From positions 1-53,683 of the IMG/VR virus record IMGVR_UViG_3300013126_000042: a DNA stretch of 53,683 nt; one strand, written 5' to 3'. The stretch's first letter is position 1. Each line of letters begins with the position of its first letter. Under the pieces are notes generated by a model, which made no database searches, was not told where the DNA came from, and saw only the letters and a list, made by a program, of their open reading frames with translations. This document shows, in pieces, positions 8,875 through 17,715 of this stretch. The translations under genes were made by a program, and so were the position numbers. This stretch comes from a virus. Its lineage: Duplodnaviria; Caudoviricetes.

Positions 8875-9496
8875 TACTCCTGCATTCGTTCTAGGTAACG
8901 GTGTTAGCAGATTAAAAGTAGATCCTAATTTTTTACTAAAAAGCGGAACAGTCTACGGGTGCAACGCCCAATATAGAGAATTTGAACCCCACTATCTAAT
9001 AGCCGTTGATGTTAAAATGGTCAACGAAATAGTGTCTGCAGGCTATCACAAAAATCATCAGGTTTGGACAAATCCTAACAAAGGAATCAGCTCAAAACAC
9101 GGTTTAAATTTTTTCAGTCCGCATAAAGGGTGGAGCTCAGGACCAACTGCATTGTGGTTTGCATCCACACACGGATACAGAGAAATATACATCTTTGGTT
9201 TTGATTATACCGGTATAAACGGCAAATTTAACAATGTATATGCTGATACATTCAACTATAAAAAGAGCCAAGATTCTGCTACATTCCACGGAAATTGGGC
9301 AAGTCAGACAGAAAAAGTAATAAAAGAATTCCGTAATATTACCTATTACAGAGTAATAGATCCTTCACAAAATTACATTCCGGAAAAACTAAGTAAAGAA
9401 ATATATAATCTAAAACATCTATCATTCGCTGATTTTGAAAAAAGATTTCCGGGCAGTATTTACAGCGACCAAATCCTTCAAAAAACTACCATTTAA
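8849..9496 (+). CDS. Maf/DUF115-like (GT29 sialyltransferase-like fold) putative glycosyltransferase
   Basis: AFVLGNGVSR, VYGCNA, LIAVD, SSGPTAL and IYIFGFD match the motif order of this fold. The TTG start is uncertain. Confidence 0.6.
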   Translation: MKQNNQPNNTPAFVLGNGVSRLKVDPNFLLKSGTVYGCNAQYREFEPHYLIAVDVKMVNEIVSAGYHKNHQVWTNPNKGISSKHGLNFFSPHKGWSSGPTALWFASTHGYREIYIFGFDYTGINGKFNNVYADTFNYKKSQDSATFHGNWASQTEKVIKEFRNITYYRVIDPSQNYIPEKLSKEIYNLKHLSFADFEKRFPGSIYSDQILQKTTI

Positions 9497-9561
9497 CGCC
9501 TGAATATTATCTGCGTGTTAAATAAAACTACAGCCTTTTGTCAATTCAAGGAGAATAAATT

Positions 9562-10392
9562 ATGGCAGATAAAACCACACTTGAGCAAATGCTCGAGAGC
9601 TTGGTCAACGATGATCAAGCCAAAGCAGAAGAACTTTTCCACGAGTACGTAGTAGCGAAATCTCGTGAAATTTATGAAAGTCTTATCGAGGACGAACTAG
9701 AAGAAGCTTCAGATGAAGACGAAGATGACGAAGAAGTCGACGAAGCTAGTCACAAAGAAGAAGATGAAGACGACGAAAAAGTAGACGAAGAATTTGAAGA
9801 TATCGCTATCGAAGCTGATGATGATATGGGCGATATGGGCGGAGATCCAACCGACGACCTAGAAGGCGACCTAGAAATGGGCGACGATGAAGGTGACGAG
9901 GGTGAAAAAAGCGAAGAAGAACTTTTCCAAGATCTAGACGCTATCGTTGACGAACTACAAGCCAAGTTTGATGAACTCAAAGGCGGCGACGAAATGGGCG
10001 GCGACGAAGAAATGAAAGACGAGTTTGATCTAGAAACAGTTCGCGAGTATGTAGAAAAAGTTCCAGCTGGACACGGTGCTGAAAAGAAAGGTGCTGCTGA
10101 AAAAGCTGACAACACAAAATCTATTGTAGACAATATGAAGAACGATATGGGCGGCACAACTGCAAACATTCTAAGCGGTCGTGATGGCGCATCTGGTTCC
10201 GAAACAGGTGCACTGAAAGGTAACGGTCTTTTAAAAGGTTCACCAAAAGAAGATAATGCTGGCAACATCAATGTTCCAGGCGGCAAAGCTGGCAATGCGT
10301 TCAGCAAAAAAGAGCCAGGACATGGTGCTGAGAAAAAAGGTTCTGCTGAATCAGCAGACAACAAGCAAAGCCTTTTCCGTGGTCGTAGATAA
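9562..10392 (+). CDS. Acidic prohead core protein (gp67/gp68 position)
   Basis: Very D/E-rich with many L/V-x-E sites; AAGGAG RBS; TAAATA at 9519-9524; lies between portal and protease. Confidence 0.65.
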   Translation: MADKTTLEQMLESLVNDDQAKAEELFHEYVVAKSREIYESLIEDELEEASDEDEDDEEVDEASHKEEDEDDEKVDEEFEDIAIEADDDMGDMGGDPTDDLEGDLEMGDDEGDEGEKSEEELFQDLDAIVDELQAKFDELKGGDEMGGDEEMKDEFDLETVREYVEKVPAGHGAEKKGAAEKADNTKSIVDNMKNDMGGTTANILSGRDGASGSETGALKGNGLLKGSPKEDNAGNINVPGGKAGNAFSKKEPGHGAEKKGSAESADNKQSLFRGRR

Positions 10393-10405
10393 TAGGACTA
10401 TATAG

Positions 10406-11035
10406 GTGAAAACTACTCTATCAGAACATTTGAGTTTTGACCAGGCTAAGATTGTCTTGGAGCGAGATGAGAGCAGTGACGGTAAAAAGTCGCTGCACTT
10501 AAACGGGATTTGCATCCAAGGAGACATCCGTAATGCAAATCAACGTGTTTATTCTTCTCAGGAAATTGGCAGGGCTGTCAAAACGCTCAACGAACAGATC
10601 TCTGGCGGCTACTCAGTTCTTGGAGAAGTTGATCATCCTCAGGATTTGAAAATCAATCTTGATCGTGTTAGTCACATGATTACCAAGATGTGGATGGACG
10701 GTCCTAACGGCTACGGAAAACTTAAAATCCTCCCTACTCCAATGGGTCAACTAGTACAGACTATGTTGGAGTCGGGAGTGAAACTAGGAGTTTCAAGCAG
10801 GGGCAGTGGCGAAGTTGACGGCAGCGGTAATGTCCAAGGTTTTGAAATTATTACAGTGGACGTTGTTGCACAACCCAGCGCCCCGGGAGCTTATCCTACA
10901 CCAGTTTATGAACACCTTATGAATAATACAGGTGGATATCAGGCATTTAGAATAGCACAAGAAGTCAAAGGCGATCTTAAGGCACAGAAATACCTAGCAG
11001 AGAGTCTCAAGAGAATTATCTCTGGACTCAAATAA
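10406..11035 (+). CDS. gp21: Prohead protease, T4 gp21 family
   Basis: NANQRVY, GEVDHP, VSHMI, LGVSSRGSG and DVVAQPSAPGAYP. Confidence 0.95.
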   Translation: MKTTLSEHLSFDQAKIVLERDESSDGKKSLHLNGICIQGDIRNANQRVYSSQEIGRAVKTLNEQISGGYSVLGEVDHPQDLKINLDRVSHMITKMWMDGPNGYGKLKILPTPMGQLVQTMLESGVKLGVSSRGSGEVDGSGNVQGFEIITVDVVAQPSAPGAYPTPVYEHLMNNTGGYQAFRIAQEVKGDLKAQKYLAESLKRIISGLK

Positions 11036-11049
11036 CAGAGGAGAATCAC

Positions 11050-12147
11050 ATGTTAGATATAGTAAAACAGTTGTTTGAAAACAATGTGATTTCCGAAGAG
11101 ATCAAATCGGAAATTGAAAATGCTTGGCAAAGCAGAATTCAAGAAAACCGTGATCAAGTCACTGCTGAACTACGTGAAGAGTTCGCTCAGAAATATGAGC
11201 ACGACAAGTCTGCAATGGTAGAGGCTGTTGAAGCCATGCTATCCGACAGACTACAAGCAGAACTAGGCGAACTTGCAGAAGATCGTCAAGGCCTAATTGA
11301 AGCCCGTGCAAAATATCACAAGAAAATGAAAGACGATTCCAAAGCAATGGAATCATTTGTCTTGAATAATCTTAAGAAAGAATTGAGCGAATTACACGAA
11401 GATCGCAAGCAGGTAGCATCTAATGTTGCTAAATTAGAATCTTTTATCGTGGATGCCCTAGCGAAAGAAATCGCAGAATTCCACAGCGACAAAAAAGACC
11501 TAGCTGAAACCAAAGTTAAATTGGTTCGCGAAAGCAAGGTAAAATTTGAAGCAATGAAAAAAGATTTTATTGCACGTTCAGCTAAAATCATTGAAGAAAC
11601 AGTGTCGAAAGGCCTACGTTCTGAAATGACACAGCTACGCGAAGACATCGAAGCTGCTCGTAAGAATGACTTTGGTCGCAGAATTTTTGAAAGTTTCGCC
11701 AGCGAATATGCTGCATCTCACTTAAATGAGAAATCTGAAACTGCAAAACTTCTTCAAGTTGTAAAACAAAAAGAAGCAGAGCTAGAAGAAGCAGCTAAAA
11801 TTGTTGCAGAAACACAACAACTAGTAGAAAGCAAAGAATCTCAATTACGTATTGCTAAAGATTCAGCTACTCGTAAAGAATTAATGAGCGAGTTGTTAAA
11901 TCCTTTAGCAGGCGATAAGAAGGAAGTCATGAGCAGTCTATTAGAATCAGTTCAAACTGAAAAGCTACGTACAGCTTTCGACAAGTACCTACCAGCTGTA
12001 ATGAACGGCACAGGTGCACCGGCGAAGAAAGTACTATCAGAAGGCAAAGAAATCACAGGCGATAAAGCACAGGCACAAGCTATCGGCGGAGAGGAAAAAA
12101 CCGCTGAAATTTTTGACATCCGCAGGCTTGCGGGACTTAAAGTTTAA
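11050..12147 (+). CDS. gp22: Prohead scaffolding protein, gp22-like
   Basis: Long charged coiled coil with GRRIFESF, located between protease and major capsid gene. Confidence 0.85.
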   Translation: MLDIVKQLFENNVISEEIKSEIENAWQSRIQENRDQVTAELREEFAQKYEHDKSAMVEAVEAMLSDRLQAELGELAEDRQGLIEARAKYHKKMKDDSKAMESFVLNNLKKELSELHEDRKQVASNVAKLESFIVDALAKEIAEFHSDKKDLAETKVKLVRESKVKFEAMKKDFIARSAKIIEETVSKGLRSEMTQLREDIEAARKNDFGRRIFESFASEYAASHLNEKSETAKLLQVVKQKEAELEEAAKIVAETQQLVESKESQLRIAKDSATRKELMSELLNPLAGDKKEVMSSLLESVQTEKLRTAFDKYLPAVMNGTGAPAKKVLSEGKEITGDKAQAQAIGGEEKTAEIFDIRRLAGLKV

Positions 12148-12158
12148 GGAGAACTATA

Positions 12159-13331
12159 ATGTCACAACTACTCGAGTCACGCTGGTCGGAAACCAAAGAG
12201 GCACTACTTGAAGGCCTACAAGGTACTAAGCGTACAGTGATGGCAACTACTCTAGAGAATACCCGCAAGTATCTCGCAGAAAGTGCTACCTCTGGTGCTA
12301 CATCCGCCGGTAACGTTGCAACCCTAAATCGTGTGATCCTTCCAGTGATCAGACGTGTGATGCCTACGGTCATCGCTAATGAATTAGTTGGCGTACAGCC
12401 AATGACTGGACCAGTTGGTCAGATCCATACCTTACGTGTTCGCTATGCAGATAGCTTTAACAGCACATCGGGTACTGATGTAACCGCTGGTGAAGAGGCA
12501 CTAAGCCCATTCAAGATTGCAGAAGGTTATTCTGGTTCTGCTGCTAACGACAAAGCTGCTGCTACAGCCGCTTTAGAAGGTGTAGCTGGAAACAGAATGA
12601 GCATTCAAATCTTGAAACAAACTGTTGAAGCTAAAACTCGTAAGTTATCAGCTCGCTGGACTTTCGAAGCTGCACAAGATGCACAAGCTCAACAAGGTAT
12701 CGATATCGAAGCAGAAATCATGGCAGCTCTTGCTCAAGAAATCACTGCTGAAATCGATCAAGAAGTTCTTGGATCATTGAATTCATTGGCTGGTACAGTA
12801 CTAACCTATGACCAAAACGCAGTTTCTGGTACTGCTACATTCGTTGGTGACGAACACGCTGCTTTAGCTGTTCAGATCAATCGTGTTGCAAACTTGATCG
12901 CTCAGCGTACACGTCGTGGTGCTGGTAACTGGGCTGTTGTATCTCCAACAGTTCTAACATTGCTACAAAGCGCAACAACTTCTGCATTCGCAAGAACCAC
13001 AGAAGGCACATTTGAAGCACCTACAAACACCAAGTTTGTTGGTACATTGAACAGCGCAATGAAGATCTATGTTAACGGCTATGCAACATCTGATGATGTT
13101 TTAGTTGGCTACAAAGGTTCTAGCGAATCTGACGCAGCAGCATTCTATTGCCCATACATTCCATTGATGAGCAGTGGTGTTGTTCTAGATCCTAGCACAT
13201 TTGAGCCAGTAGTTAGCTTCATGACACGTTATGGATATGTTGAGTTAACAAACACAGCATCATCTCTAGGTAACGCTGCTGACTATCTAGGCAAGGTTGC
13301 TGTAACTACAGCTAACCTAAAATTTGCTTAA
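12159..13331 (+). CDS. gp23: Major capsid protein, T4 gp23 family
   Basis: VGVQPMTGPVGQI, EAKTRKLSARWTFEAAQD, EITAEIDQE, FYCPYIPL, FMTRYG; strong RBS and followed by a terminator. Confidence 0.97.
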   Translation: MSQLLESRWSETKEALLEGLQGTKRTVMATTLENTRKYLAESATSGATSAGNVATLNRVILPVIRRVMPTVIANELVGVQPMTGPVGQIHTLRVRYADSFNSTSGTDVTAGEEALSPFKIAEGYSGSAANDKAAATAALEGVAGNRMSIQILKQTVEAKTRKLSARWTFEAAQDAQAQQGIDIEAEIMAALAQEITAEIDQEVLGSLNSLAGTVLTYDQNAVSGTATFVGDEHAALAVQINRVANLIAQRTRRGAGNWAVVSPTVLTLLQSATTSAFARTTEGTFEAPTNTKFVGTLNSAMKIYVNGYATSDDVLVGYKGSSESDAAAFYCPYIPLMSSGVVLDPSTFEPVVSFMTRYGYVELTNTASSLGNAADYLGKVAVTTANLKFA

Positions 13332-13351
13332 TAGTAAATTTTCTAGTAAAT

Positions 13352-13380
13352 CAAAAAGGCTCTTCGGAGCCTTTTTGTTT
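13352..13380 (+). terminator. Rho-independent terminator after gp23 (possibly bidirectional)
   Basis: CAAAAAGGCTC-TTCG-GAGCCTTTTTGTTT: perfect stem, C(UUCG)G tetraloop and U-tract. Confidence 0.92.
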
Positions 13381-13398
13381 GGCGTAAATATCTGAGTT

Positions 13399-13668
13399 AT
13401 GCAGATAGAATCAGAAAAGGATTTTCCGCAGTTAAGAGAACAGCTTAGAATTTGGCGTAAACGGTTTTCGATGTTTGCGCATGACGTTAATCAAATTGAA
13501 CACATTATAGAAAATCATATACAGAATTATAGCATAGCAGGCGTAAATTACAGACAAACTAAAAGCAAAAAATATCTTGAAGATGCACAAAAAGAAATTG
13601 AAGAGATTAACAGAATTTTATTAACAGTAGAAAAACTAGAGCTAATGGCTCTAATGAGTAGAGGATAA
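13399..13668 (+). CDS. Hypothetical helical protein
   Basis: 89-aa ORF filling the gap, with TAAATA at 13385-13390. Confidence 0.7.
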   Translation: MQIESEKDFPQLREQLRIWRKRFSMFAHDVNQIEHIIENHIQNYSIAGVNYRQTKSKKYLEDAQKEIEEINRILLTVEKLELMALMSRG

Positions 13669-13677
13669 ATAAAATAT

Positions 13678-13742
13678 CATAAGGTAAGTGCCGTATGATT
13701 CGGACTTATGCGGTACCCACCGCGTAGACCTAGAACGTCAAC
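13678..13742 (+). ncRNA. Candidate structured 5' leader RNA
   Basis: GC-rich island after ATAAATA (13665-13671) and before AAGGAG. Helices: TATGCGGT/ACCGCGTA, TAAGT.CCG/CGGACTTA, CATAAG/CTTATG and GAC/GTC. Confidence 0.45.
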
Positions 13743-13757
13743 ACAAGGAGAAAACAA

Positions 13758-14228
13758 ATGGGACGTCCACTGAAAAAAGATGTATATGGTACTGATGTTA
13801 TCGGTACTCCGGCAAGTGCAACAGGTATTACTTGCGAGTTTTGGGATGGTTCTACCAACCAAACAGATGGTGTGATTATTAAACAACGAGGTGCCAGCAG
13901 TTTTGTTGTTTGCCGTATTGGACAAATTTCAACACCGGCCAATTACAAAGTTTGTAAACTAGTTAATACTACTCCTAACGCAGATGGAGAAATGCGAATC
14001 CAAGGATCTACTACTGGCTTGTTAGATCAGGGATTAGTACCTATTGCTAAACTCACAAGAAGAATCGCTTACGGTTTTCCTTCTAGCCCAGATCTAAGTA
14101 ATGGATTCTGGAGAGGTGAAGATTCAAACGATGCAAATAATCACGATCAAACCAAATACAACTGGTATCTAGAAAATGATTCGTCTGCAGACTATATCGT
14201 ATTAACACCGATCACTGCAACAATGTAA
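13758..14228 (+). CDS. Putative virion structural protein (MGRPL... N-terminus)
   Basis: Strong RBS; first gene of the appendage cluster; no recognised catalytic motif. Confidence 0.6.
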   Translation: MGRPLKKDVYGTDVIGTPASATGITCEFWDGSTNQTDGVIIKQRGASSFVVCRIGQISTPANYKVCKLVNTTPNADGEMRIQGSTTGLLDQGLVPIAKLTRRIAYGFPSSPDLSNGFWRGEDSNDANNHDQTKYNWYLENDSSADYIVLTPITATM

Positions 14229-14241
14229 TCTAGGAAATACG

Positions 14242-15309
14242 ATGGGACAGTTTCTTCAGGTAAACGGCGACTATAATATTAAGACCAAAGAAGGATCTAA
14301 GATAACATTAGATCCTGGTCTTACAGGCCAGGTTAGAGTAACAGGGGACCTTGTAGTCGAAGGTGACACTCTCACGGTTAGTGCTGAAAATTTAAATGTT
14401 AATGACAATATTATAATTTTAAATTACGGAGAAACTGGTCCAGGTGTTAGCTTACAATATTCAGGTATTGAAATTGATAGAGGAAGTTACGTAGATTCTT
14501 CGCAGGTTCCTAGAGCAGCATTTTTATTTGATGAATCTATCGAATCTTGGATCATCGCCAACGGCAGTGTTCCAAATCCTTTGAGTTTTGAAAATAGTAA
14601 TTTAAAACTGAGAAGAATTTACACCGATTCAACACAGCCAGATTTGATTTTAATTAGAAACGGCAGCGGTGTTGTTAATGTAGGAAACAGAGAAATTGAT
14701 GACGACGGAGTGGCCACTGGAAATTCACCGTATGAGAATTTAGTCACTGACGACGACGATGTACCTAATAAAAAATATGTAGATGATGCTATTCAAAATA
14801 ATCCCACATTTCAGATTAGATCACCGGGTGTGGGAGATTCTACTGCTACTGACACAAGAATAATTATTGCAGACTCCGATGTTCCTGATGATATAACCAA
14901 TCCCGGATCTATACAGTATTTTAATTTTGAAACAGTATCTAATGTTAATGAAAGCACTATAGGTGTGTTCGTAGACGGAGTTCAAAATACATTTTTTTAT
15001 AACGATCGAACAGCAATACAAGGATTAGAAATCCAAGACACTGTAATAAGCACTGGGTTTGGATTAAGCGGGCAACCTATTAGATTAAGTACTCCGGGAT
15101 CCGGAAAAGTTATTTTAGAATATGCTTTAGAAATAGAAAACGATGCACACGGCACTGGTTCAGGACCTACTTATAATGCAGGTTCAACTTTGCTATACAC
15201 AGGTACAGAAGAAACTGGTAATTCTGGAATATTTTTTGTAACCTCAGCTGATAACCGTGATGAATTAATGAGTAGACGTAGATCTCTAGTTTGGAGCATG
15301 CTATTTTAA
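14242..15309 (+). CDS. Fibre-like virion structural protein
   Basis: VTGDLVVEG, VNDNIIILN..GIEIDRG and PNKKYVD fibre motifs; hydrophobic C-terminus. Confidence 0.7.
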   Translation: MGQFLQVNGDYNIKTKEGSKITLDPGLTGQVRVTGDLVVEGDTLTVSAENLNVNDNIIILNYGETGPGVSLQYSGIEIDRGSYVDSSQVPRAAFLFDESIESWIIANGSVPNPLSFENSNLKLRRIYTDSTQPDLILIRNGSGVVNVGNREIDDDGVATGNSPYENLVTDDDDVPNKKYVDDAIQNNPTFQIRSPGVGDSTATDTRIIIADSDVPDDITNPGSIQYFNFETVSNVNESTIGVFVDGVQNTFFYNDRTAIQGLEIQDTVISTGFGLSGQPIRLSTPGSGKVILEYALEIENDAHGTGSGPTYNAGSTLLYTGTEETGNSGIFFVTSADNRDELMSRRRSLVWSMLF

Positions 15310-15322
15310 ATAAGAGAGAATT

Positions 15323-15889
15323 ATGATAACAAACACACCAGTATTTTCAACCGCACTAACTGATGCATATCAAATTTTTAAAGCTACTGATACCGGTGCT
15401 ACTGGCGGAACTGCAGAAAGACGTGCAGTCACAACAATAATTTTATGTAATACAGGAACAGTTAATCTTACAGATGAAACAGTTAATCAATCTACAGTTA
15501 ATATCTATATTGTAGATAGTTCAAAAGCAGGTTATACAACTCCAGGTACATATAATTTAGTAGCAAGTAATTTAATCATTCCAGCAGGAGAAACATTTTT
15601 CTTTTCAGAAGAACGAATAGTTTTAGATAACAACGATTCTATTCATGTAAGTTGCACAACGGGCGGCACAGAAACTGCTGGATCGTTTGTGGTCGGAGCA
15701 AATTATAAAATTTTAACATTAGGCACTACAACAAATTGGAACGTTGTCGCCCCAACTTCTACTCAAAGATCTTGGGGAGGAGGATCCCCTACAGTAGGAG
15801 ATACTTTTACTGCCGGTGCAGCAGGATCCGGTGACGGAACAGCTATACGTTGTTTGTTGACTGCAACTGTGAGTTCATTAGAAGTATGA
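15323..15889 (+). CDS. Small beta-rich adaptor-like structural protein with an inserted module
   Basis: Similar to 18773 and 32536 (IILCN, IPAGET, E(R/K)IVL, ATVS.LE), with an extra ~60-aa TAGSFVVG..Y.I module. Confidence 0.65.
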   Translation: MITNTPVFSTALTDAYQIFKATDTGATGGTAERRAVTTIILCNTGTVNLTDETVNQSTVNIYIVDSSKAGYTTPGTYNLVASNLIIPAGETFFFSEERIVLDNNDSIHVSCTTGGTETAGSFVVGANYKILTLGTTTNWNVVAPTSTQRSWGGGSPTVGDTFTAGAAGSGDGTAIRCLLTATVSSLEV

Positions 15890-16512
15890 AATTTCTAAAA
15901 CAAAAACATCTCGGAAAATTCAGTGTGAGAGATCAAACACTGTTTACCAATCAATATGGTCGTGCTGTTATGGACCTTACCGGAGGATTGAGACTGCCTC
16001 AAGGTACTACGGCCCAGCGTCCGCAGACTTCCGGAGTAAGATATCCAGCATCCGGAGTTTCGTCAAGTTCGGAATATGCAGACGGACTAATACGTTATAA
16101 TCTTACACTTAATCAATTAGAATGTCTTATTGCTGGTGTTTGGGAAGCAGTAAGAGCTGCCGGCGGCGGCACAGTTATAAAACAAACCATAGGTCCTGGA
16201 GACGGTGTAGAACAATATTTTGGTCCTTTGCAAAATCTTGGTGTGAATTGGTCTCCTCCAACATTAGTAGCGGGAGGTAGTGCCGGCACAGGACTTTACA
16301 CTTATCCGTTAATCGTTTTAGTTGAAAATGTAATACAAATTTACAGCGATAATTGGACATTGGTACAAAACCCAGCAGGTGTTCCTTCGGCCGCTTTCTA
16401 CGGTGGCGCAGGAAGCTATCCTGCAGGGTATTATCTAGATTTTGGCGCTAGCCCTTTAGGAACTGTTCCTCTCAATAAGTATGTAACGGTTTTCTATAAC
16501 TTCGGAAACTAA
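15886..16512 (+). CDS. Virion structural protein
   Basis: Start moved to the ATGA overlap at 15886. Carries the LPQGTTAQRP...IRYN..LE...G.W module. Confidence 0.65.
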   Translation: MKFLKQKHLGKFSVRDQTLFTNQYGRAVMDLTGGLRLPQGTTAQRPQTSGVRYPASGVSSSSEYADGLIRYNLTLNQLECLIAGVWEAVRAAGGGTVIKQTIGPGDGVEQYFGPLQNLGVNWSPPTLVAGGSAGTGLYTYPLIVLVENVIQIYSDNWTLVQNPAGVPSAAFYGGAGSYPAGYYLDFGASPLGTVPLNKYVTVFYNFGN

Positions 16513-16514
16513 TC

Positions 16515-17597
16515 ATGCCTCAGCTAGGTAGAATAACAGGACCTTTATTAGAAGCGAACCTGTTGAGAAACGGCGTAGATCTAGCCTTCGAAACTACCTT
16601 ACTATACATAGATGTCAATGACGACAGTATAGGAATTAAGAAAAATCCTTCTTCTGTCTACGATCTAGATATAAACAACGATGTTCACACCACTGATATA
16701 ATTGTAGACACCGCTGCAAATGTAGCAAATATTATAATTAATAGTTCTTCTACATTTACAACTTCAACAGGCCCAATTAATCTAAGAACTAATACAGGAA
16801 GCGCAACGATATTTCACGATCGTGTAGCCACTAATAATCTAGTGTTTGACGGAAATAGTATTTTTTCCTCAAACAACAGTAATATTGTCATAGATCCAAA
16901 CGGATCTGGTTCAACACAAATAGTTGCTGACACTAATATTTTAGGTAATCTAAATGTTTCAGGAAATATTACCACACCACAGAATATTATTTTAGGCGGT
17001 AATCTAATCATAGGAGATAATATTGTTGACACAGTAACAGTTGCTCCTGATTTCACTCAAGACATTATTCCCGGACAAGATCTTATCTGGTCACTGGGCG
17101 AGGATACCGGAGATTCATCTCCAAGACGCTGGAGCCAATTATGGTTTACTGATGAAACCAAAGTAAATTTTTGGTATCCGGATATAGTAGATATTAGCAG
17201 TCAAACAAGATTAAATGGATTAACAAATACGATATCTGCACTGCAATCTAACGACGATATAGAAATATTACCAGATACAGGCATTGTTTATATTGAACGA
17301 ACTAAATGGCAAGACAGTGATATAACTAATCTAAACAATACAGCTATTTCTCTAGGATCTACCGGAACGGGTTATACTAATTTCACAGGTAATAATGCAA
17401 TGGTAGTACCAGCAGGTACTGACGCAGAAAGACGGTTAACTCCAGAATTAGCTGAAACTAGATGGAATACTGATAGAAACTATTTAGAATGCTTTGACGG
17501 TACTGTTTGGACCCCTTCAATTGGCGCCGGCGGCGGTGGCGTTTCTGTAACAGATATGGAAGACCTGGGCCATATCTATACCATCATACTTGGTTAA
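16515..17597 (+). CDS. Fibre-like virion structural protein (paralog of 17716)
   Basis: GRITGPLLEANLLRNGVDLAFET N-terminus, beta-rich shaft and P.GT..ER module. Confidence 0.7.
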   Translation: MPQLGRITGPLLEANLLRNGVDLAFETTLLYIDVNDDSIGIKKNPSSVYDLDINNDVHTTDIIVDTAANVANIIINSSSTFTTSTGPINLRTNTGSATIFHDRVATNNLVFDGNSIFSSNNSNIVIDPNGSGSTQIVADTNILGNLNVSGNITTPQNIILGGNLIIGDNIVDTVTVAPDFTQDIIPGQDLIWSLGEDTGDSSPRRWSQLWFTDETKVNFWYPDIVDISSQTRLNGLTNTISALQSNDDIEILPDTGIVYIERTKWQDSDITNLNNTAISLGSTGTGYTNFTGNNAMVVPAGTDAERRLTPELAETRWNTDRNYLECFDGTVWTPSIGAGGGGVSVTDMEDLGHIYTIILG

Positions 17598-17624
17598 TTT
17601 CCAATCAGACTAAATACTACTGAT

Positions 17625-17699
17625 TACGTGGACGACCAATCCTCGTATGGTTAAACTGTGGTAAACCCGCAATGAAAGGTGGTTAACCGTGAAACACGG
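17625..17699 (+). ncRNA. Candidate structured 5' leader RNA
   Basis: Lies after TAAATA (17611-17616) and just upstream of GAGGAG. Stems: TACG.GGA/TCC.CGTA, GGTTAA/TTAACC enclosing TGTGG/CCGCA, and CCGTG/CACGG. Confidence 0.5.
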
Positions 17700-17715
17700 G
17701 GTATGAGGAGAACGC

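Noticed and set aside
12119-12134. Hairpin TCCGCA-GGCT-TGCGGG upstream of the gp23 RBS
   Set aside because: It is a short stem inside the coding IRRLAG motif and cannot be distinguished from chance without covariation data.
17619-17700. Resemblance to a hammerhead ribozyme (CTGATTA ... GAAAC) or c-di-GMP-I riboswitch (GGTAAACC ... GAAA)
   Set aside because: The hammerhead core needs CUGANGA with correctly placed stems, and the riboswitch's second stem and conserved linker are missing. Kept only as an unassigned structured leader.
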